From contig OZ219866.1 of NCBI GenBank assembly GCA_964291675.2, positions 2,400,001 to 2,464,000 of the forward strand: 64,000 nucleotides of DNA, written 5' to 3'. Positions within the stretch are counted from its first letter, which is position 1, and the number at the start of each line of letters is the position of its first letter. The notes below the pieces were generated by a model. That model was given only the letters and a program-made list of their open reading frames with translations, had not been told where the DNA came from and made no database searches. The stretch comes from Alphaproteobacteria bacterium. Lineage in GTDB: Bacteria; Pseudomonadota; Alphaproteobacteria; MPNO01. Both the position numbers and the translations under genes were made by a program. Shown here piece after piece: positions 57,530 to 64,000 of this stretch.

Positions 57530-57985
57530 ATGATCGAGACCAGGGGCGTCGTGCATTTCACCATCCCGGTCACCGACCCGGAACGGAGCGAGAAATTCTA
57601 CGCCGAGGTGCTCGGGCTGGAGACCGTGCAGGTGGTGCCGCCGATCGGCATGGTGTTCATGAAGTCGGGCGACGACCACGTGATCCTGACCCGCAGCAAG
57701 ACCCCGGTCGACCCCAACCCCGGGAACGAGTTCCTGATCCACCACGCGTTCCGGGTCGAGCTCGATGCCTATGACGACGCCAAGCGGCACCTCGCCGAGC
57801 ACGGGGTGGAGATCATCTTCGAGGAGGAGCGCCACGAGGGGGTGTTCCACGGCCGGCAGTGCTATTTCCACGACCCGGACCGCAACGTGCTCGAGATCAT
57901 CGCGCTGGAGAAGATCGGCGAGGGCTACGGCGATGCGGCGCGGCAGCCCGGATTCTCGCCGTTCTCCGCGGGCGAGGGCGGTTAG
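57530..57985 (+). CDS. VOC/glyoxalase family protein
   Basis: HFTIPVTD..FY..VLGL, HHAF, YFHDPDRNVLEI; GGAGG SD. Confidence 0.9.
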   Translation: MIETRGVVHFTIPVTDPERSEKFYAEVLGLETVQVVPPIGMVFMKSGDDHVILTRSKTPVDPNPGNEFLIHHAFRVELDAYDDAKRHLAEHGVEIIFEEERHEGVFHGRQCYFHDPDRNVLEIIALEKIGEGYGDAARQPGFSPFSAGEGG

Positions 57986-57994
57986 CCGGCGGCC

Positions 57995-58828
57995 ATGGGC
58001 GGCAAGCTGCGGGACCGGGTCGCCATCGTCGTCGGCGCCGGGTCGGTCGGGCCCGGCTGGGGCAACGGCAAGGCGGCGGCGGTGCTGTTCGCCCGCGAGG
58101 GGGCGCGGGTGCTGGCCGTCGACATCGACTCCGGCGCGGCGGGCGAGACCGCGGCGATCGTCGCCCGCGAGGGCGGCACGGCCGAGACCTTCACCGCCGA
58201 TGTCAGCCGCGCGGATGAGGTCCGGGCGATGGTCGATGCCTGTCTCGACCGGTTCGGCCGGATCGACGTGCTGCACAACAATGTCGGCATCGTCCAGCCC
58301 CGGCCGACCGCCGAGGTGGACGAGGCCGAGTGGGACCGCGTCTGCGCCGTCAACCTGAAGGGCATGTTCCTCGCCTGCCGCGCCGTCCTGCCGGCGATGC
58401 AACGGAACGCGTTCCGCGTGGACGAGGACGGGCGCCGGATCGGCCGCGGCGCCATCGTCAACATCTCCTCGGTCTCCGGCATCCGCTGGACCGGCGTGCC
58501 CTATGTCACCTACTCGGTGACCAAGGGCGCCGTCCTGCCGCTCACGCGGTCGATCGCGCTGGAATACGCCGCGCGCGGCATCCGCGCCAACGCCATCCTG
58601 CCCGGGCTGATGAACACGCCGATGATCGTCGAGCCGCTGAAGGACGCCTATGGCGGCGGCGATGTCGGCCGGATGATCGAGGCGCGCGACGCCCAGTGCC
58701 CGACCGGGTATATGGGCGACGGCTGGGACGTCGCCCGCGCCGCCCTGTTCCTCGCCAGCGACGACGCGCGCTACGTCACCGGCGCCGAGCTGGTGGTAGA
58801 CGGCGGGATCAGCGCCAAGCTGGCGTAA
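57995..58828 (+). CDS. SDR oxidoreductase
   Basis: GAGSVGPGWGNG, HNNVG, YSVTK, VVDGG. Confidence 0.92.
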   Translation: MGGKLRDRVAIVVGAGSVGPGWGNGKAAAVLFAREGARVLAVDIDSGAAGETAAIVAREGGTAETFTADVSRADEVRAMVDACLDRFGRIDVLHNNVGIVQPRPTAEVDEAEWDRVCAVNLKGMFLACRAVLPAMQRNAFRVDEDGRRIGRGAIVNISSVSGIRWTGVPYVTYSVTKGAVLPLTRSIALEYAARGIRANAILPGLMNTPMIVEPLKDAYGGGDVGRMIEARDAQCPTGYMGDGWDVARAALFLASDDARYVTGAELVVDGGISAKLA

Positions 58829-58856
58829 GGAGCCTTGCGACGACCCCCCGGGGGTT

Positions 58857-58876
58857 GCGGCTCCCGCGGGAGCCGC
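58857..58876. terminator. Perfect 20-bp GC palindrome after the SDR-VOC-SDR operon (possible terminator or RNA-stabilising hairpin)
   Basis: GCGGCTCCCG|CGGGAGCCGC; no U-tract. Confidence 0.35.
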
Positions 58877-58894
58877 GCCGTGAGCCGGCGCCGG

Positions 58895-59065
58895 GCGGCG
58901 GCGAGCGCATGGGCGCGCACCGCCATCGCACGGCGCTCCGACCGGCTCATCGACCCGACCCGCGCGCCAGGAAATCCCGCTCCACGATCGGCTCCCCGAT
59001 CTTGGCGTGAAGATCGCGGACCTCGCTCTCATGGTCCCGGGTCCGCCGCCCGGCGGAATCCGCCT
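58895..59065 (-). mobile_element. IS3-family transposase remnant (orfA end / orfB start)
   Basis: Minus strand RDHESEVRDLHAKIGEPIVERDFLARGSGR* overlapping (ATGA, 58947-58950) MSRSERRAM; resembles the IS3 LHAKIGELTVERDFL / MS..ERRAM junction. Confidence 0.75.
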
Positions 59066-59242
59066 TGACGACCTGTCCGATTTTCCGGGGCCGCCCCGGT
59101 CTCCCATGGACGCTACGCCGGCGCGCACATCCGGTTCCGGTCTTCGTGGCGCCGGCTCGCTTGCGGAGCCCGGGACTCCCGGCTTCGGGCGGATGATGGC
59201 GCGATTCGGAGGATCGCGGGCCCGTTGGTTCGCCGTGCCGGC

Positions 59243-59256
59243 TTGACTCAGGTCAT
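59243..59256. promoter_or_regulatory. FNR/FixK-like box TTGAC-TCAG-GTCAT
   Basis: Close to TTGAT-N4-ATCAA; about 65 bp upstream of ATG 59320, next to the nar genes. Confidence 0.5.
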
Positions 59257-59319
59257 TGTCCTCGTCCGACGGTTTGGCGAGGATCGGCCGGCGGCTCCGC
59301 GAGCGACGGGAGGCCGGCG

Positions 59320-59477
59320 ATGAAGGCGGAAGACATCGTGACGGCGAAGCAGGGCACTGTCGAGCTCCGGGGCGGTGGCCGGCCCGGAGTCCGAGCGCGC
59401 CGCCTCGAAGGTGCCGGCCGAGGAGATCGCCGGCGTCAAAGGCGTCGTCCAACGCCGCGCCTTGCGGTCGCGGGTGA
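59320..59477 (+). pseudogene. Internally deleted, frameshifted CBS-BON domain protein remnant
   Basis: GGGAGG SD; MKAEDI (CBS-protein-like start) joined to VTAKQGTVELRG, frameshift, then ESERAASKVPAEEIAGVKGVV (BON C-terminal half). Confidence 0.6.
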
Positions 59478-59849
59478 AGACGGTCGCGCCTTGAAGCGGC
59501 CAGCAACAATCGGTGTCTTGTCGGTCGCGCCGCGCGCTCCGGCACGGGCCGTCGCGACTGTCGGCCGAGGTCGCCGAGACCCCGGGAAGGGCGTAGCCGG
59601 GACAACCCGAAGCAAGCCCGCCGGACCGGCCGCGACGAACCTGGATTGCGACTTTGTGGCCGAGGCCGACCCGGATGCGGTTGCGCAACGCCTGCCCGGC
59701 ACATTGTCGGAAGCAGCCGGGGTCCGAGCCGTGGCACGAACGCGCTCGATATCGATGATCGGAGACCTCTCCACCGCCGAGGGTTTGCCCCATAGGCTCC
59801 GGGCGGCACTTGGCGAAACCCTTCACCTCTTCGAGTGGGATCACGCGGC

Positions 59850-61178
59850 ATGCACGACCTGACCGGCGTTTCCCGGGGCGACCAGTACCGGGCTCTCGGG
59901 TTGAGTACCTTTTCCTTCACCGTGTGTTTCGCAGTCTGGACGATCTTTTCGATCATCGGCGTCAAGATCAAACAGGATCTGGGGCTGTCGGAGACCGAGT
60001 TCGGGATCCTGGTCGCCACGCCGGTCCTGACCGGATCGGTCAGCCGCATCTTTCTCGGCGTCTGGACCGAGCAGTATGGCGGCCGCATGGTGTTCACGAT
60101 CCAGATGCTGGCCACTGCCGTGGCGTGCTGGCTGCTCTCCGAGGTCCGCACCTACGAGGTGTTTCTGCTCGCCGCGCTCGGCGTCGGGCTGGCGGGCGGG
60201 TCGTTCATCGTCGGCGTCGCCTACACGTCCCAGTGGTTCGACAAGGACCGTCAGGGCACGGCACTCGGGATCTTCGGCGTCGGCAATGTCGGCGCGGCGG
60301 TCACCAATTTCGGCGCGCCGTTCCTGGTGGTGGCGTTCGGCTGGGAGCAGGCCGCCCAGATTTACGCGGTCGCGCTGGCGCTCACCGCCGTCGTCTTCTT
60401 CCTGCTGGCCAGGCCCGACCCCTCGGAGGTGGCGCGCAAGCGCGAGGGCCGCAAGCCGGTTTCCGCGGCCGAGCAGCTCGCGCCGCTGAGGAACATCCAG
60501 GTCTGGCGCTTCGCCACCTATTACTTCTTCGTGTTCGGCGGCTTCGTCGCCCTGGCCTCCTACCTGCCGCGATTCTATGTCGGCGCCTACGGCCTGGAGC
60601 TTGCCACCGCCGGCATGCTGGCGGCGGCCTATTCCATGCCCGGTTCGGTATTCCGCGCGCTCGGCGGCTGGATGTCCGACAGATGGGGCGCGCGCGCGGT
60701 GATGTATGCGACCTTCATCGTGTCCCTGGCCTGCCTGTTCATAATGAGCTACCCGAGCACGGAGTACATCGTTCAGGGCATCGACGCGCCGATCCGTTTC
60801 ACCTTCGGCGTCGATCTGACGTCCTTCGTCATACTCAGCGTGCTGCTCGGGTTCGTGATGTCGTTGGGCAAGGCCGCGGTCTACAAGCACATCCCGGTCT
60901 ACTACCCGCACCATGTCGGCTCCGTCGGCGGCCTGGTCGGCATGATCGGCGGCCTGGGCGGGTTCGTCCTGCCGATCATGTTCGGCATCCTCAACGACTG
61001 GTTCGGCGTCTGGACCAGCTCCTTCATGCTGCTGTTCGCGATCGTGCTGGTGAGCACGGTGTGGATGCATGTGGCGATCCGTCTGATGGAGCGCCGCCGC
61101 CATCCGGGGCTCGCCGACGAACGCTATCTCAGCGATGTTCCGGAATCGCCCGAGCCGGCGCCGGCGTCGACGCCATAG
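59850..61178 (+). CDS. narK: Nitrate/nitrite transporter, NarK1-type
   Basis: FTVCFAVW, ATPVLTGSVSR, GLAGGSF, YFFVFGGF, FRALGGWMSD, LGKAAVYK. Confidence 0.92.
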   Translation: MHDLTGVSRGDQYRALGLSTFSFTVCFAVWTIFSIIGVKIKQDLGLSETEFGILVATPVLTGSVSRIFLGVWTEQYGGRMVFTIQMLATAVACWLLSEVRTYEVFLLAALGVGLAGGSFIVGVAYTSQWFDKDRQGTALGIFGVGNVGAAVTNFGAPFLVVAFGWEQAAQIYAVALALTAVVFFLLARPDPSEVARKREGRKPVSAAEQLAPLRNIQVWRFATYYFFVFGGFVALASYLPRFYVGAYGLELATAGMLAAAYSMPGSVFRALGGWMSDRWGARAVMYATFIVSLACLFIMSYPSTEYIVQGIDAPIRFTFGVDLTSFVILSVLLGFVMSLGKAAVYKHIPVYYPHHVGSVGGLVGMIGGLGGFVLPIMFGILNDWFGVWTSSFMLLFAIVLVSTVWMHVAIRLMERRRHPGLADERYLSDVPESPEPAPASTP

Positions 61179-61208
61179 TCCCGGCCCGGATCGAACAGGG
61201 GGTAACGG

Positions 61209-62816
61209 ATGGCCAAGAACCAGGCGACATGGGATCCCGAGGACGAGGCCTTCTGGGAGGCGGAGGGCAAGCGCATCGCCACCCGCAATCTCTGGATCTC
61301 CATCCCCTGCCTGCTGTGCGGCTTCGCGGTGTGGCTGTACTGGGGAATCATCACGGTTCAGATGATCAATCTGAAGTTTCCGTTCTCCCAGGCGGAATTG
61401 TTCACGCTTGCCGCGATCGCCGGGTTGAGCGGGGCGACGCTCAGAATCCCGTCCTCGTTCTTCATCCGTATCGCGGGCGGGCGCAACACGATCTTCCTGA
61501 CCACCGCGCTGCTGATCGTCCCCGCGGCGGGCACCGGCTTCCTGCTCCAGAATCCGGACACGCCGCTGTGGCAGTTCCAGATCATGGCCCTCTTGTCGGG
61601 CTTCGGCGGCGGAAATTTCGCGTCCTCCATGTCGAACATTTCCTTCTTCTATCCGAAGAAGGTGCAGGGCCTGTCGCTTGGCATGAACGCCGGGCTCGGC
61701 AATTTCGGCGTCACCACGATGCAGATCCTGGTGCCGCTGGTCATGACGGTCGGCATTTTCGGCGGCTCGGCGCTGGTGCTCGCCAACTCTTCCGGCACGC
61801 TGATCGGCAAGATCCCGGCCGGCACCGAGACCTACATCCACAACGCCGGCTATGTCTGGGTTGCCATCCTGGTTCCGCTGGCGGTCGCCGCCTGGTTCGG
61901 CATGAACAACATAACCGCGTCGCACGTCTCGCCGGGGCTGACGTCGACCGTCGAGGCGTTCGGCAAGATCCTCGGCATGCTGGGAATCGGGCTGGTCACC
62001 GCGGCGGTCGGGCTGTGGTTGCTGCTGCCGGCCAGGACCGGCGGTTCCGGGCTGGAGCTGAGCAAGTGGCTCGTCCTGCCGCTGGTCATCGCCGCGACCG
62101 TGTTCGCCCTCAGGCTGATTCCCGGCACCATCCGCCAGAGCCTCGACCAGCAATACGCGATCTTCAGGAACAAGCACACCTGGGCGATGACGGTCATCTA
62201 CACCATGACCTTCGGCTCGTTCATCGGCTACGCCGCCGCCTTCGGGCTGGCGATCAAGGTGGTGTTCGGCTTCCAGCACATCGAGGTCGACGGGGTGATG
62301 ACCCACACGACGGTGAACCCGAACGGGCCGAGCGCGCTGATGTATGCCTGGACCGGCCCCTTCATCGGCGCGCTGATCCGCCCCGTCGGCGGCATGATCT
62401 CCGACCGCCTCGGCGGCGCGCTGGTCACCCAGATCGTCTCGGTCATCATGGTCGCCTGCGCGCTCGGCGTGGCCTGGTTCCTGTCGCTCGCCTACGCCTC
62501 GCCGACGCCGGAGGACTATTTCCTTCCGTTCCTCATCCTGTTCCTGGTGCTGTTCGCGGCGACCGGGATCGGCAACGGCTCCACCTTCCGCACCATCGCC
62601 ATCGTGTTCGACAGGGAGCAGGCCGGCCCCGTGCTCGGCTGGACCTCGGCGGTCGCCGCCTACGGCGCCTTCATCATCCCGAAGGTGCTCGGCGAGCAGA
62701 TCAAGGCGACCACGCCGGAATACGCGCTGTACGGCTTCGCCGCGTTTTATATGCTGTGCATCTTCATCAACTGGTGGTTTTATCTACGCAAGAATGCCTA
62801 TGTGAAGAACCCGTGA
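61209..62816 (+). CDS. narK: Nitrate/nitrite antiporter, NarK2-type
   Basis: WDPEDEAFW..IATRNLWISIP, GFGGGNFASSM, TFGSFIG, GIGNGSTF. Confidence 0.92.
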   Translation: MAKNQATWDPEDEAFWEAEGKRIATRNLWISIPCLLCGFAVWLYWGIITVQMINLKFPFSQAELFTLAAIAGLSGATLRIPSSFFIRIAGGRNTIFLTTALLIVPAAGTGFLLQNPDTPLWQFQIMALLSGFGGGNFASSMSNISFFYPKKVQGLSLGMNAGLGNFGVTTMQILVPLVMTVGIFGGSALVLANSSGTLIGKIPAGTETYIHNAGYVWVAILVPLAVAAWFGMNNITASHVSPGLTSTVEAFGKILGMLGIGLVTAAVGLWLLLPARTGGSGLELSKWLVLPLVIAATVFALRLIPGTIRQSLDQQYAIFRNKHTWAMTVIYTMTFGSFIGYAAAFGLAIKVVFGFQHIEVDGVMTHTTVNPNGPSALMYAWTGPFIGALIRPVGGMISDRLGGALVTQIVSVIMVACALGVAWFLSLAYASPTPEDYFLPFLILFLVLFAATGIGNGSTFRTIAIVFDREQAGPVLGWTSAVAAYGAFIIPKVLGEQIKATTPEYALYGFAAFYMLCIFINWWFYLRKNAYVKNP

Positions 62817-62829
62817 GGAGACCGGATCG

Positions 62830-64000
62830 ATGAGCCACTTCCTCGATCGGCTGACCTTCTTCCGCAAGACCGTCGATACCTTCGCCGACGGGCACGGCAT
62901 CGTCACCAACGAGGACCGCGACTGGGAGGAGTCCTACCGGGCGCGCTGGCAGCACGACAAGATCGTGCGCTCGACCCACGGGGTGAACTGCACCGGCTCG
63001 TGCAGCTGGAAGATCTACGTCAAGGGCGGGATCATCACCTGGGAGACGCAGCAGACCGACTACCCGCGGACGCGGCCGGATCTGCCCAACCACGAGCCGC
63101 GCGGCTGCTCGCGGGGCGCGAGCTACTCCTGGTACATCTACAGCGCCAACCGGCTGAAATACCCGCTGGTGCGCAGCCGGCTGGTGCGGCACTGGCGCGA
63201 GGCGCGCAAGACCATGGCGCCGGTCGCCGCCTGGGCGTCGATCGTCGAGGACGCGGAGACGCGCCGCGACTACCAGCGCGTGCGCGGGCTCGGCGGCTTC
63301 GTCCGCTCCGACTGGGACGAGGTCAACGAGATCGTCGCCGCGGCCAATGTCTACACGATCAAGACGCACGGGCCGGACCGCGTCATCGGCTTCTCGCCGA
63401 TTCCCGCCATGTCGATGGTCTCCTACGCCGCGGGATCGCGCTACCTGTCGTTGATCGGCGGCGTCTGCATGAGCTTCTACGACTGGTATTGCGACCTGCC
63501 GCCGTCGAGCCCGCAGACCTGGGGCGAGCAGACCGACGTGCCGGAGAGCGCGGATTGGTACAACTCGACCTTCCTGATGATGTGGGGCTCGAACGTGCCG
63601 CAGACGCGCACCCCCGACGCCCATTTCATGACCGAGGTGCGCTACAAGGGCGCGACCACGGTGACGGTGACGCCGGATTACAGCGAGGCGTCGAAATTCG
63701 CCGATATCTGGCTCAACCCCAAGCAGGGCACCGATGCCGCGCTGGCGCTGGCGATGGGCCACGTGATCCTCAAGGAATGGCATCTCGAGGGCAGGAGCGC
63801 CTATTTCGAGGACTATTGCCGGCGCTACACCGACATGCCCCTTCTCGTGACCCTGCGCGAGACCGAGGGCGGCCACGTGCCGGACCGCATGCTGCGCGCC
63901 GCCGACCTGCCGGGCGCGCTGGACCAGGCGAACAACCCGGAATGGAAGACCGTCGCCATCGACGAGAAGCGGGACGACGCCCCGGTCTGCCCGGTCGGCT
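62830..64000 (+). CDS. narG: Respiratory nitrate reductase alpha subunit, 5' part
   Basis: Not in the ORF track (no stop in window). MSHFLDRLTFF..RWQHDKIVRSTHGVNCTGSCSWK..EPRGCSRGAS..SFYDWYCDLPP; GAGGAG SD. Confidence 0.96.
   Translation, partial: MSHFLDRLTFFRKTVDTFADGHGIVTNEDRDWEESYRARWQHDKIVRSTHGVNCTGSCSWKIYVKGGIITWETQQTDYPRTRPDLPNHEPRGCSRGASYSWYIYSANRLKYPLVRSRLVRHWREARKTMAPVAAWASIVEDAETRRDYQRVRGLGGFVRSDWDEVNEIVAAANVYTIKTHGPDRVIGFSPIPAMSMVSYAAGSRYLSLIGGVCMSFYDWYCDLPPSSPQTWGEQTDVPESADWYNSTFLMMWGSNVPQTRTPDAHFMTEVRYKGATTVTVTPDYSEASKFADIWLNPKQGTDAALALAMGHVILKEWHLEGRSAYFEDYCRRYTDMPLLVTLRETEGGHVPDRMLRAADLPGALDQANNPEWKTVAIDEKRDDAPVCPVG

Noticed and set aside
59746-59760. TCGATATCGATGAT as a second FNR box before narK
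   Set aside because: Three mismatches to TTGAT-N4-ATCAA; too weak to report
57461-62833. Long overlapping ORFs of 896, 1007 and 821 aa
   Set aside because: Frame or antisense shadows of the SDR and narK genes with no recognisable motifs
62830-64000. Nitrite oxidoreductase NxrA instead of NarG
   Set aside because: The N-terminus, narK1-narK2 context and heterotrophic gene content fit NarG; a phylogeny would be definitive

Overview
Very GC-rich, gene-dense bacterial DNA with about 50 intact CDS, most likely from an alphaproteobacterium. That assignment is inferred from TTT/TRAP/liv transporters, CGTC-type palindromic repeats and gene content. An FN3/Ig autotransporter hints at a host-associated (e.g. 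sponge-type) lifestyle, also inferred. The window is almost entirely catabolic and transport genes: two Rieske oxygenases, a flavin monooxygenase, a P450, PhyH/TauD/IPNS-type Fe(II) oxygenases, a TPP enzyme, two GMC oxidoreductases, four SDRs, GcvT-family demethylation enzymes, a fatty-acid uptake and beta-oxidation block, and arsC-aquaporin. It ends in narK1-narK2-narG (partial). I recognised no rRNA, tRNA, CRISPR array, phage gene or transcriptional regulator. Features not evident from the ORF track: a modular, partly chimeric family of intergenic palindromes; a peptidase-like gene split by nested ars/copD/IS1380 debris, with its 3' half now behind a promoter-like sequence and SD; IS3 and CBS-BON remnants with an FNR-like box before nar; a 117-bp in-frame duplication in a GcvT gene; an 8-codon uORF coupled to a Bcr/CflA pump; and atypical active-site motifs in one Rieske enzyme and the TRAP binding protein. 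I cannot establish a wholly new system from sequence alone. The best candidates are uncharacterised catabolic modules. All family calls come from motif recognition by eye, with no database searches.
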